Part shown: positions 47,469 through 57,454 of the stretch, in pieces
Numbering within the stretch: position 1 is the stretch's first letter
Layout: each line of letters begins with the position of its first letter
DNA from: an uncultured Nitrososphaerota archaeon
GTDB lineage: Archaea > Thermoproteota > Nitrososphaeria > Nitrososphaerales > Gagatemarchaeaceae
Direction of reading: 5' to 3'
Assembly: GCA_963703285.1 (NCBI GenBank)
Contig: OY969807.1
Location: 96,001 to 160,000, forward strand
Length of the DNA stretch: 64,000 bases
Program-made: the position numbers and the translations under genes
The notes under the pieces: generated by a model
What the model saw: the letters and a program-made list of their open reading frames with translations, nothing else
What the model was told of the DNA's origin: nothing
Databases searched by the model: none

Positions 47469-48303
47469 CCGCCTGAGCCGTCTCCTTCACGTCGTGTGTC
47501 CTTATCATGTCGGCCCCGTTCGCGACAGCGATCGCCGTGGCCGCGATCGACCCGGTGAGCCTCTCTCCCGGGTCGTCGAGCTTCAGGATTCTTCCGAGGA
47601 ACGACTTCCGGGAGAGACCGACGCACAGCGGCCTCCCCAGCGACCTCAGCTCCTGCAGGTCCGCGAGGACGGCAGCGTCCCACCGGTGCCAGGGCATCAG
47701 CGCCTGAGGCGAGTACGCCCTCCCGGCGCCCTCCTCCCTGAAGAACCCTATACCCGGGTCCAGGACTATCCTTTCTTCCTGGATGCCGGCCCCCTCGGCG
47801 ATTGCGAGCGTCCTCTGCAACGCCTCGCGAACCTGGACGATGGGTCGAGCCCGCGAGCTCTGCGAGGAGTGGGCCATCGCAAGGAGCGAGGCTCCGTGGT
47901 CCTTCACTACCGTCGCCATCTCTCCGTCGTTCTTGAGCCCCGAGACGTCGTTGACGGCGCACGCGCCTGCCTTGAGCGCCAGCTCGGCCACCGATGCGCG
48001 CAGGGTGTCGACCGAGATGACCACGTCAAGGCCCTCGAGAGCGCGCAGCGCCGCCGCTATCCTCTCCTTCTCCACCTCCTCGCTCACCTCGCTCTTGAGG
48101 TAGGGGGCGGTGGACATCGCACCGACGTCAATAATGTCCGCGCCGCTCTCGACGGCTCTCCTCACGGTCGCCACCATCGCCCGGGAGGTCGTGACGACAG
48201 AGCCCTTGTAGAACGACTCGGGGCTGACGTTCACGGCCGCCATGATCCGGACCGGAAAGCCGGGCCCGACCTGCAGGGGACCGAGTCTGGCGGTCTTCCT
48301 CAA
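47413..48303 (-). CDS. folP: Dihydropteroate synthase
   Basis: NVSPESF, DVGAMSTAP, SVDT, LDPGIGF, GLSRKSF, IRTHDV. Confidence 0.93.
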   Translation of the reverse strand: MRKTARLGPLQVGPGFPVRIMAAVNVSPESFYKGSVVTTSRAMVATVRRAVESGADIIDVGAMSTAPYLKSEVSEEVEKERIAAALRALEGLDVVISVDTLRASVAELALKAGACAVNDVSGLKNDGEMATVVKDHGASLLAMAHSSQSSRARPIVQVREALQRTLAIAEGAGIQEERIVLDPGIGFFREEGAGRAYSPQALMPWHRWDAAVLADLQELRSLGRPLCVGLSRKSFLGRILKLDDPGERLTGSIAATAIAVANGADMIRTHDVKETAQAVRVAEALTRQGPRAGPAS

Positions 48304-48389
48304 GGAATTCGGCTCTTGCTTCAGCCGGTGTAAATCTATCGGTCACCGGCCCGACTCGTTATCCTTTTTAGCGCCCCCCGGGTCTCCAA

Positions 48390-48950
48390 ATGGCGATGGC
48401 GACCAGCGAGGAACAGCTGAAGAAGGCTGCCGACCTGAAGCTCTGGATAGAGTCGAGGATATCCGAACTCCAGGAGGAGGTCGAGAGGCTGAGGGAGGCG
48501 CAGACTATGGTCGATTCGGTCCTGAGGGCGTCGAGCTTCCGGCCCGCGTCCGAGGTCCTCGCGCGGCCGAAGGAGGAGACGGGTCAGATACCCGAGATGC
48601 GGGAGCTGCGCAGGGACAAGGGCGGCGAGACGATAGCGGTCGCCAAGATCACGAAGGAGAGGCTTGTCGTCGAACCTGTGGCGGAGGTCTCCCTGAAGTC
48701 GGAGACGCCTCCCTTCAAGTCGTTCCTCCTGGGGAAGATTCTCGCGGGGATGAAGGCGAAGGACGAAGCTCTAGTCTCGAGCGGGAAGCTCGAGAAGGGA
48801 AGGGAGATGAGGTTCAGCGTCGCCGAGAGGTCCGGCAAAATAGGCGTGCTGACCATCGAGAACTATAGGGAAGGCGAGCGGCTGAACGAGATTCTGAACA
48901 CGGTGTCCTGGACCTTCTCTAGAATGCTCGAGAAGGTCCCTACTTCATGA
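48390..48950 (+). CDS. Hypothetical protein with N-terminal coiled coil
   Basis: Clean ORF, heptad N-terminus, TATA-like CCTTTTTA upstream. Confidence 0.7.
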   Translation: MAMATSEEQLKKAADLKLWIESRISELQEEVERLREAQTMVDSVLRASSFRPASEVLARPKEETGQIPEMRELRRDKGGETIAVAKITKERLVVEPVAEVSLKSETPPFKSFLLGKILAGMKAKDEALVSSGKLEKGREMRFSVAERSGKIGVLTIENYREGERLNEILNTVSWTFSRMLEKVPTS

Positions 48951-49446
48951 CGGTGACGCTTCTCACTTCGCTAAGCTTGTTGAGCTCGTCCAGTACGTCG
49001 CCCGGCACCTGGCCCTCCACCACCAGCGTGAGCTTGGCGCCGGGGACCATGTCGGGGTCCTCCGCGAGCGCCTGGCGGACGATGACCCCATGCCTTGCCA
49101 GGGCCGCGGCGGCGGCAGCGAGGACGCCCGCAGCCCTGGGATCTGCGTCGATGACGATTGCCGAGTAGCCCAGCCTGGAGGCGACCGGGACGAGGCTGGA
49201 GCCGACGGGCGCTATCCTGGAGAACACCGAATACAGGAACTCGTCCCCCCTTATCTGCTCCGCAGTCTGCTTGACGACGCGCCTGTCCGCCCCCAGGTCC
49301 CTCGCGAGCGCCGAGTAGTCGACCTCCAGGCCGCCGACGAAGAGCCGGCTGTCGTCGGAGACCCTGACGCCGTACTCGAGCATCTTCCGCGCCACGCCGA
49401 GCCTGACCTTCTGACCCTCGAACTGCTCCCTTACCCTTGACCACAA
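48940..49446 (-). CDS. ACT-domain regulator of amino acid metabolism (COG2150-like)
   Basis: ALARDLGADRRVV HTH, IVRQALAEDP. Confidence 0.8.
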   Translation of the reverse strand: MWSRVREQFEGQKVRLGVARKMLEYGVRVSDDSRLFVGGLEVDYSALARDLGADRRVVKQTAEQIRGDEFLYSVFSRIAPVGSSLVPVASRLGYSAIVIDADPRAAGVLAAAAAALARHGVIVRQALAEDPDMVPGAKLTLVVEGQVPGDVLDELNKLSEVRSVTVMK

Positions 49447-49471
49447 GGTCGCTTCCTCTCTCCGCGCTGAG

Positions 49472-50812
49472 TCAGGGCGCCGAGCCGTAGGCCCTCGTTA
49501 TCTTGACCCCGTCGACGAGTATCCAGGGGCAGAGGGTCGGCGTGTCGACCTCCCACCACTCTATCCACTCCCTCTCCTTGGAGAGCAGCTTGACGGACGA
49601 GAAGATTCTCTCGAGCGTGTCGCTCATCCTGAGCCCGCTCAGCGGCTTGGTCACCCTGCCATTCTCGACGAGGTAGGTGCCGTCCCTCGGCACGGTGGAG
49701 AACTCCCCCGTCCTGTAGTTGGTGAACCTGGTGTACCAGTTGCTCGTAAGGATCACTCCCCTCTTCATCTCCTTCACCATCTCGTCATAGCGCGAGTCCC
49801 CCGCGCCCACCTCGAGGTTCCAGGGGTTCGGCTCAATCCAGCCTGCGTTTCCTGTGCTCTCCGTCTTGAAGGTCTTCGCGGTGGTGAGGTTGTGCAGGTA
49901 GCTCGCGAGAACTCCCCGCTCGATTATCTTGGTGGTCTGGGTGGGCGTCCCCTCGTCGTCGAAGTTCCTGCCCCCTAGGCCCCCCTTGACCCTCCCGTGG
50001 TCGGTCAGGTCGAAGTTCCCGGTGGCGACCTTCTTCCCCATCTTGCCGACGAGGTAGGACGTCCCCGCCTCGACTGCGAAAGCTGACGCGAAGCCGCCCA
50101 TGAGCGATATCAGGTTCGCGGCGACCGTCGGACTCATGAGCACCTGGTAGGTCCCCTCTTCGGGCTTCTTCGAGTTGAGCATGCGTCTTGCGTCGCTACC
50201 GGCCCTCCTTCCCGCCTCGGCCGGCTTGAACCCCTTGAGGTCGGAGGAGCAGGACAGCCCGTGGCCGCTGGCGTTCCTCTCAGTGAAGGCCCTGACGTTC
50301 AGTAGGATGCTGGAGGTGGTGTCGTGTCCCTCGGTCCCGTTCGAAGACAGAATGTGCGTGCTGACCAGCGACGCCTCGAGCGCTCCCGCGCTCCTGCGCC
50401 CGCCCGCCTCGTGGACGGACGCGATCGCCTCCCGGGCGTAGTCGGAGACCTCCTTCTCGGCCTCCCCGAGCCTCCTGTCGAACGTGCCAGGCCGCGTGAA
50501 CTTCGAGGGCGAGCCGGGAAGAGGAGCGTAGACGGCCCCTCGGGAGAGGTTCATCATCGTCTTGTAGAGGCGCTCGACGAACGCCCCGAGGCTCGCGCCT
50601 TCGGTGTTCGAGGACCCCCCGACTATCCTCCTTCCTCCCTTTGCGAGGTACACGGACACCTCGCTCTCCTCGGCCCTCTTCGCCACCGAGAGGGAGTCGT
50701 TCGCGAACCTCACCATCTGCACCCTTCCGACCGAAGAGAGGAGGACGGCCTCGTCGACTCCGAGGTTCCTCGCAGCCTTCAGGCCGAGTTCGTTTAGCTC
50801 GCCGGGCTTCAA
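49472..50812 (-). CDS. pmbA: TldD/PmbA family protein (PmbA-like)
   Basis: VRFAND, FDDEG.PT, STGNAG, WYTRF; no HExxH. Confidence 0.85.
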   Translation of the reverse strand: MKPGELNELGLKAARNLGVDEAVLLSSVGRVQMVRFANDSLSVAKRAEESEVSVYLAKGGRRIVGGSSNTEGASLGAFVERLYKTMMNLSRGAVYAPLPGSPSKFTRPGTFDRRLGEAEKEVSDYAREAIASVHEAGGRRSAGALEASLVSTHILSSNGTEGHDTTSSILLNVRAFTERNASGHGLSCSSDLKGFKPAEAGRRAGSDARRMLNSKKPEEGTYQVLMSPTVAANLISLMGGFASAFAVEAGTSYLVGKMGKKVATGNFDLTDHGRVKGGLGGRNFDDEGTPTQTTKIIERGVLASYLHNLTTAKTFKTESTGNAGWIEPNPWNLEVGAGDSRYDEMVKEMKRGVILTSNWYTRFTNYRTGEFSTVPRDGTYLVENGRVTKPLSGLRMSDTLERIFSSVKLLSKEREWIEWWEVDTPTLCPWILVDGVKITRAYGSAP

Positions 50813-50816
50813 CTTC

Positions 50817-52254
50817 TCACCTCACCCCGATCCTCACGCCGCCCAGCAGTGTGTCCGGGCCGCCGGTCCAGACGGGCGCTCCCTGCATCGGGTCACCCTT
50901 CCCGCAGACGGCCGCCTCGAACTCGAGCTTCCTCCCCCTCGCCTTGACGCTCCCCCAGAGGGCGGGTGTCGTTATCTCGAGGACCGGCGCCTTCACCATC
51001 TCCCCGAGGACCCCGTTCCGGATTCGGTAGGCCTCCAGGCCGACGTACCTCTGGTTGAGCCTCTTGTCGTCGATGTTCCACTCGGTGAACGATTTGAAGT
51101 AGATTCCGTTCTTCACCATCCGGACGAGCTCCTCCGTCGTGTGGTCCCCGGGCTCGACGAAGGTGTTCGACATCCTGATGATGGGCTCCCTGTTGAACCC
51201 CACGGCCCTCGCGGCTCCGTTGTTCCTCTCGCCCAGCTCAGCGGATGTGCTCCTGTTCTGCAGGAACTCGCCGATCTTCCCGTCCACGATCAGCCGCCTC
51301 TTGGTCGCCTTCACCCCCTCGTCGTCCACCGGGCAGTACCCGTTGGAGTGGAGCAGGGTCGGGTCGTCGCTGACGTTTGCCTCCTTGCTCCCAATCCTGT
51401 AGCCTAAGCTGCTCTTCTTCAGGTAGGACTCTCCCGCTTGGGCGCCCTCCCTCCCAAGGATACGGTCCGCCTCCTGCGGGTGCCCCACCGATTCGTGGGC
51501 CGCAATCCCCGAGAGCTCCGGGCTGAGTATCACGTCCATCTTTCCGGGCTCCATCTTCGTCGCCTTGGCGATCACCTCCCTCAGTATCTTGGCCTCCTCC
51601 TCGACCCTCGAGACGAGGTCGAGCCTCTTCACCACCTCGAGCCCTCCAGTCTCTCCCTGCTGGAAGAGCCTCTGTGCCACGTCACCGCCGGAGATGGCCG
51701 TGAGGATTCCGAAGAAGTAGAATCCTTGGGACCCTGCTCTCGGTCTCTGCCCCGTCGCTGTTGACGTAGTACTTCTCGTCAACCTCGGAGCCCGCCACCA
51801 GCATCCTGTTTGGAATCTTCGCTCCCTTCCCTCCTTCGACCCTCTTGTCTATCTCGATGAGGATGGACTTTAGCCAGGCCGCGTCGGCCCCTTCTATGCT
51901 CTCCTTCTCGGGCGCGCTGAACCTTCCCCTTACAGGCTTCGAGTCGTCGAGCTTGACCTTCTTCTTCACCAGCACTTGCGAGGCCTTGGCCATCTTCACG
52001 GTCTTGGCAGTCAGCGACCTCACCGACGACTTCTCCATGATGTTGGTGGAGCTGAAGGCGAGCGCGCCGCGGCAGAGCACACGGATGCCCATCCCGTAGC
52101 CGTCGCCCATCATGGAGGGCTGGGGCTCTCCGTTCTTCAGCATGAAACCCAATCCCACGGAGCTCTGAACCCGGGCCTCCGCGTAGTCTGCGCCCAGCCT
52201 CTGCGCCTCGCTGAGGGAGAGACGGGCAAGTTCACTGGCGTTCTCCTTGTTCAT
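50817..52254 (-). CDS. tldD: TldD metalloprotease, apparent +1 frameshift near 51722
   Basis: HESVGHPQEAD, DDEG, IRMSNT, CGKGDP; N- and C-parts in different frames. Confidence 0.88.
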
Positions 52255-52403
52255 TCTGCCCTTCTTTCTGGAGGGAAGTTATTTCTGTCTTTGTCTTGGG
52301 GCCTTCGTGTTCGACGGGATGAGAAGAGGCCGGAGATTCGAAGCTATTCGGCCACGGTCCCCGTCTCTTCCGCCTTCGATGCTATCCAGATGATGTCGGG
52401 AGT

Positions 52404-52937
52404 TCAGACATCGTGGCACTGCAGCGTGTCGATTATCTCTTGCATAGTCTGCTTCTGGATTGCGGCGTTCGCGTCGGTGGCGGTCGCGTAGATGACGAAG
52501 AACCTGTTGGTCCTTTCGCAGTGGAGGTGGACCGAAGTCACGTCCTGCATCTGGCCCTTGCCGAACAGGCCCCTGCGGGGGACCTCGATCTTGACGTGGT
52601 TGTAGAGCGCATCGTGCCCGTCCACGGTGATGTCCTTGCTCTCGACCGTAGTCATCTTGCCCTGCACGCTCTTCTTCACCTTGTCGAGGCTGAACTTCGC
52701 GTGGTCCTGTATGGTGGGCGCCTTCTTGACAACCTTCTCCAGGTCGCCCCAGGAGACGAAGACGTTCGCCTTCTCGGGAGACTTGACCGCGACGTCCCCG
52801 TCCGCTCTCTTGAACTTGGGATTGAACTCGAGCCTTGCGGTCTTCGGAAATTTGAAGGAGAAGCCATAGATTGTCAGCGTATCCTCCTCCACGGGCGCCT
52901 GACCCAGCGGGAGGTCCGAATTCTCCGAGCTTTCCAT
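52404..52937 (-). CDS. Hypothetical protein
   Basis: Clean ORF with genome-typical codon use; TATA-like site near 52960. Confidence 0.65.
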   Translation of the reverse strand: MESSENSDLPLGQAPVEEDTLTIYGFSFKFPKTARLEFNPKFKRADGDVAVKSPEKANVFVSWGDLEKVVKKAPTIQDHAKFSLDKVKKSVQGKMTTVESKDITVDGHDALYNHVKIEVPRRGLFGKGQMQDVTSVHLHCERTNRFFVIYATATDANAAIQKQTMQEIIDTLQCHDV

Positions 52938-53019
52938 TGCCACTCCCAGGAAGGAGCGAGATAAAAGAGTGCGTGGTCGGGACCTTGGGAAACGCTTAAG
53001 TCGGTCCGGGAAGGCGACG

Positions 53020-53148
53020 ATGCTAGCGATGTCTCCTCTGCCTCTCGATATGGGTTCCGGAACCCTTCAGGCGCTCGCCATACTGGCCGTCGCGCTCGGC
53101 ATCGCCGGCATAGCGATCCTGTTACTCTTCGCCAAAGACAAGATCTAG
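53020..53148 (+). CDS. 42 aa single-TM microprotein
   Basis: MLAMSPLPLDMGSGTLQALAILAVALGIAGIAILLLFAKDKI; CTTAAG ~20 nt upstream; not in ORF track. Confidence 0.55.
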   Translation: MLAMSPLPLDMGSGTLQALAILAVALGIAGIAILLLFAKDKI

Positions 53149-53159
53149 GTGAGGCGCGG

Positions 53160-53828
53160 TTGGTTAGGGGCCTGATCTTCGACGTCGATGGAACGCTGGT
53201 CACCCTCACGGTCGACAGGGAGAAGCTCCTGTCCGCGACGACCGTCACCCTCCAGAGGATGGGTTTCGACACCTCTTTCGTCGAGGGGGACAATCTCACG
53301 ACGCAGGATATCATCGAGACAGCCAGGCAGCAGGTCGAGGAGGGGAAGGTGAAGACCACCTTCGAGTCGTTTAGGACCTCGCTCAATGCCACGCTCGATT
53401 CCGTCGAGATGGACTGGAACGCGCGCGCCGTCCCGATAGCGGGTACGGCCGACGTCTTGAAGAGGCTGAAGGCTGCGAACGTGAAGCTGGCGACGTTGAC
53501 GAACAGCGGGAGGGTGCCGTCGGACTGGCTCCTGAGGAAGCACGACCTCCACGGGCTCTTCGATTTCACGCTCACGAGGGACGACGTCCCGGCGTTGAAG
53601 CCCAGGCCGGACGGGATAGTCAAGGCGATGGCGATGATGGGGCTCCCGAGGGAGGAGGTGATCTATGTTGGTGACAGCATCATAGACGTCCGCGCCGCAA
53701 GGGCGGCTGGAATAAAGGTGGCTTCCGTCACGACGGGAAGGTACACCTACGAGAAGCTTCGGGGTGAGGGGACGGACTACATCATGGGCTCCCTCTCGGA
53801 GCTCCTCGACATGGTCGGGTCGGGCTAG
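53160..53828 (+). CDS. HAD hydrolase (phosphoglycolate-phosphatase-like)
   Basis: FDVDGTL, LTN, KPRPD, VGDSIID; AGGTGA SD upstream. Confidence 0.88.
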   Translation: MVRGLIFDVDGTLVTLTVDREKLLSATTVTLQRMGFDTSFVEGDNLTTQDIIETARQQVEEGKVKTTFESFRTSLNATLDSVEMDWNARAVPIAGTADVLKRLKAANVKLATLTNSGRVPSDWLLRKHDLHGLFDFTLTRDDVPALKPRPDGIVKAMAMMGLPREEVIYVGDSIIDVRAARAAGIKVASVTTGRYTYEKLRGEGTDYIMGSLSELLDMVGSG

Positions 53829-56329
53829 ACGCGCTCTGTCCTCGAGATGGCGCTCCTCAGCTCCCTCGCCTCGGCCCTCAGCTTCTCGACATCCTCCCTC
53901 AGGCCTTCCAGCGCCCTCCTGCCTTCGCCCGAGGCAAGTTCTTCGAGGACCTCGACCGCCCTCCTCCGGTTGCGGTTGTCGACGTCCTCATCGGCCACGC
54001 GCCTCAGAGTCTCCGTGAACCTACCGTCCGACAGGTCCGCCACGACCTCGAGGACCTGGTTCCTGGCGACGAAGCTCTTGTCCTTGAGCGCGATCTCCTT
54101 GAGGAGGTCGACGTCCTCCGGTTCCAGCGAACCCAGCCTTCCGAATCCCTTCAGGGACCCTATCCTCACGCGTTCGGGGTTGCCGTAGGCGACGTGCCCC
54201 CTGATTATCTCTCTCGCTTCCCGGCTCTTGACGTATCCGAGGGCCTCGAGCGAGGCCTCGGCCAGCCCGTCCTCGGGCGACTCCAGCTTCATCGCCTCCA
54301 CTAGGTTCCCCACCGCGTCCCCTCCGCCCAGCTTGCCTATCGATAGGGCGGCCTCGGACTGGTTGTACGGGCTCTCGTCCCCCAGGAGCGCCACCTTCAG
54401 CCTCTGGCCGACCCGCTCGTCTCCCCTAAACTCCGCCATGGCTGCCAAGGCTGCCCGCCTCACCTTCCTGTGCTTCACGCCTGCGAGGTCCAACACCGCC
54501 TCTAGAGCCTCGGGGCCGCCGATCTTCCCGATTGACCTTATGGCCTCGGCCCTCACGGACCAGAACTGCTCGGATGAAGCAGCGGCCTTGAGCAACGCCA
54601 CCGTCTCCGCGCTCCTGAACGTGGCTAGCTCCTCGGCGGCGCTCCTCCTGCTCAGCGCGTCGGCGCTCGAAGAGAGCTGCTCCCGCAGAAGCGCGAAGCT
54701 CTTGACGAACTTCACCTTCTTGAGGAGCCATCCTTCCGGATCGAACTCCACGATCCCGGGTGGGGAGTCTAGCTCGAACTGGAAGCTCTCGCTCTGGGAC
54801 CTCAGCTTAACCCTCTTCGAGAGCCTCCCCTTGGCCGTGTAGAATACCAGGTCCACCGGAAGCTCGAAGACGGGCGTGAGTTCGTCCGTCTGCTGGACCT
54901 GCTTCACAGTGACCAGCGCGATCCTCCTGGCGTCGTCCCATGAGTAATCGACCTCGAACTCTGGGTAGCCTCCCCTGTAGAACGACTGCTCGAAGTAGCG
55001 GGAGAGCGAGACCCCGCTGAACTCCTCCATCACCCTGCGGTAGTCGTCTGTCTCGGCGTTCCCCAGCGCGTACCTCCTGAGGTACTCCTGTGTGCCCCCG
55101 AAGAACAGCTCATCGCCGAGGATTCCCCTGAGCTGGTGCAGCATCCAGGCCCCCTTCTCGTAGGTGCAGGAGTCGAAGAGGTCGTCAGCGTACAGGTAGT
55201 CGTCCTCGACGATCCGCCTCCTGTACCTGCGCTCGTCTTCTTCGAAGAACGTCTGGGCCTTGTAGAGCATGTCCTGGCCGAACGCCTCTCGCCCCCTGCT
55301 CCTCTCGCAGTACAGGGCATCCATGTAGCTCGCGAATCCCTCGTTGAGCCAGGCGTGGGGCCAGTGCCTCATCGTGACGAGGTCGCCGAACCACATATGC
55401 GCCAACTCGTGGGCGACGAGGCCGACGTGGTCCCTGTCGGGCCTCGAGTACCTCGTGGCGTAGTCCTCCTCGGACCTCTCGTCGGGGAACCTGCTGTCGG
55501 TGAGGGTGGTGGCGGTGATGTTCTCCATCCCTCCGTATATGAAATCGTGGACGGCGACCTGGGCGTACTTCTCGTAGGGGTAGTCGATCCCGGTGATCTC
55601 TTCGAAGTCCTTCACCATCTTGGGGGTCTGGCCGAAGTACCTCAAAGCGTCCTTCTTCTTCCCTTCCGGGACGTAGTACTGGATGGGTACGCGGGCTCCC
55701 GTGTCGTCGATCCTGACGAACTTCCCCACGACGAAGGAGTTGAGATAGGTAGAGTGTGGAGCGCTCTCGTGCCAGTGGTAGGTGGTCCATCCCTGGTCAG
55801 TCTCCTCTGAGATCAGTCTCCCATTCGAGATGACCTCGAAGCCTTCCGGAACGGTGATGACCATCTCCGACTGGGACCTGTCGTTGGGATGGTTGTAGCA
55901 AGGGTACCAGTATCTGGCGGCCTCGGACTCGCTCTGCGTCCAGACCTGCACCGGCTTGTCCGGATACTTCTCGTCCGGGTGGATGAAGTACACCCCGCGT
56001 CTCGGAGCGGCAGAATACTCGACGACTACTAGGTGGGAGATGACGTTCAGGGGCCCGCTGGCCCTCACCGCCAGCCTCCGGCCGTCGTAGTCAAAGCTCG
56101 TCGCCAGCCCGTCCAACTGGACGCCCGAGACCTGCATCTCCGACGCGTCAAGATTGAGGACCGCCAGGTCTCTTCTCAACGGAGTAACCATGAGAGTGCA
56201 TCGGCCCCGGATCGTCCTCTTCTCGGGATCGACTGTGAGTTCGACCTTGATGTGGTCCGTCCGGTACTCCCGATCTGGAAGGAAGTGCCTGTGCGAGCCC
56301 GGAACGTGGAAGGATTTCCTGGCGTTCAT
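53825..56329 (-). CDS. M1 aminopeptidase with C-terminal HEAT repeats
   Basis: GGMEN, HELAHMWFG...WLNEGFA, YEKGA. Confidence 0.93.
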   Translation of the reverse strand: MNARKSFHVPGSHRHFLPDREYRTDHIKVELTVDPEKRTIRGRCTLMVTPLRRDLAVLNLDASEMQVSGVQLDGLATSFDYDGRRLAVRASGPLNVISHLVVVEYSAAPRRGVYFIHPDEKYPDKPVQVWTQSESEAARYWYPCYNHPNDRSQSEMVITVPEGFEVISNGRLISEETDQGWTTYHWHESAPHSTYLNSFVVGKFVRIDDTGARVPIQYYVPEGKKKDALRYFGQTPKMVKDFEEITGIDYPYEKYAQVAVHDFIYGGMENITATTLTDSRFPDERSEEDYATRYSRPDRDHVGLVAHELAHMWFGDLVTMRHWPHAWLNEGFASYMDALYCERSRGREAFGQDMLYKAQTFFEEDERRYRRRIVEDDYLYADDLFDSCTYEKGAWMLHQLRGILGDELFFGGTQEYLRRYALGNAETDDYRRVMEEFSGVSLSRYFEQSFYRGGYPEFEVDYSWDDARRIALVTVKQVQQTDELTPVFELPVDLVFYTAKGRLSKRVKLRSQSESFQFELDSPPGIVEFDPEGWLLKKVKFVKSFALLREQLSSSADALSRRSAAEELATFRSAETVALLKAAASSEQFWSVRAEAIRSIGKIGGPEALEAVLDLAGVKHRKVRRAALAAMAEFRGDERVGQRLKVALLGDESPYNQSEAALSIGKLGGGDAVGNLVEAMKLESPEDGLAEASLEALGYVKSREAREIIRGHVAYGNPERVRIGSLKGFGRLGSLEPEDVDLLKEIALKDKSFVARNQVLEVVADLSDGRFTETLRRVADEDVDNRNRRRAVEVLEELASGEGRRALEGLREDVEKLRAEARELRSAISRTERV

Positions 56330-56369
56330 GTCCCTGGCCAGATTCTCCCCCCTGAAAACAATTTTCCTT

Positions 56370-57428
56370 CTATCTCCAGCCGTCCCTCACGCCCTTGGAG
56401 TAGACCTTCCAGTACGGGTCGAGCTTCGGCGGGACGTAGCTCTGATTCCGACCCCGCCAAGCGACCCGAAGCCTCGGGCCACTCCCGCCGACCACCCCTA
56501 CGCCGAACGACTCTATCCCGCTGCCGGCCAGCGCCTTCATCAACTCGGGCGAGCGATCGGGCCTGCAGGCGACGAGGAGAGTCCCCTCGCTTATCGTCGT
56601 GAGCGGGTCGATCCCGAAAGCCTCGCAGACCGACCGACTCTCGCGCGTCACGTGGATCCTATCGCGCTCGATCTGCAGCGTCCTGCCGCTCGAGGACGCG
56701 AGCTCATAGAGGCCCCCCAGGACGCCCCCCTCGGTAGCGTCGTGCATCGCGGTCACCCCCGACCCCCTAATGCCGACCGAGGACGCCGTCAGGGAGTCCT
56801 CCAGCGTGGAACACCTGCGGATGTACCCTGCGGCCCTCCTGGCGGCCTTGGTCCCCACACGGGTCTCTGTCGTCTCCGGGAAGGCGAGCGCCAGTACCGC
56901 CGTGGCTTCGATGGCGGCTCCCTTGGTCATGACCACCACATCGCCCTCCTGAATCATCCGGGGAGTGACGTACTCGTCCTCCCCGGCTGTCGCCATCATC
57001 ATGCCTCCCCCGACGACCGTGTAGTCCGAACCCGGATACCTGCCCGAGTGGCCACCGATGATGGCTATTCCCAACCTCCTGCACTCGCTGCCGACCGCCT
57101 CCACATACCTCTCGAGGTCGTCGGCCGCCAACGAGGGAGGCAGGTTGTAGTCCAGGACCGCGAACTGCGGACCGACCGCGCTCGTCGCTAGGTCAGAGGC
57201 GAGGGCGTGGACCGATAACCAGGCAGAATCCTCCATCCCTATGGCCGGGATCATCGAGAGCGGGTCAGATGTGACGACCATAACCCTCCGCGACCCCAGG
57301 GATAGGACCGCGTTGTCGAGCCCCATACCCGGGCCGACCAGGACAGCCGGGTTCTTCGCCCCCGTGTTCTTGAGAATGACCCGCCTCAGGAAATCCCGGT
57401 CCACCTTCCCAAGGCCTCCCTTCGCCAA
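56370..57428 (-). CDS. AIR synthase/HypE-related protein
   Basis: GPGMGLD, TSDP, IGGHSG, AMHDATEGG, ISEGTL. Confidence 0.85.
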   Translation of the reverse strand: MAKGGLGKVDRDFLRRVILKNTGAKNPAVLVGPGMGLDNAVLSLGSRRVMVVTSDPLSMIPAIGMEDSAWLSVHALASDLATSAVGPQFAVLDYNLPPSLAADDLERYVEAVGSECRRLGIAIIGGHSGRYPGSDYTVVGGGMMMATAGEDEYVTPRMIQEGDVVVMTKGAAIEATAVLALAFPETTETRVGTKAARRAAGYIRRCSTLEDSLTASSVGIRGSGVTAMHDATEGGVLGGLYELASSSGRTLQIERDRIHVTRESRSVCEAFGIDPLTTISEGTLLVACRPDRSPELMKALAGSGIESFGVGVVGGSGPRLRVAWRGRNQSYVPPKLDPYWKVYSKGVRDGWR

Positions 57429-57454
57429 GGCGTATCGGTGCCCGCATTCTCTTC

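Noticed and set aside
52344-52406. In-frame continuation (TPDIIWIASKAEETGTVAE) past the TGA of the 52404 gene as recoding
   Set aside because: Only 19 codons, expected by chance at this GC; no SECIS or homolog evidence
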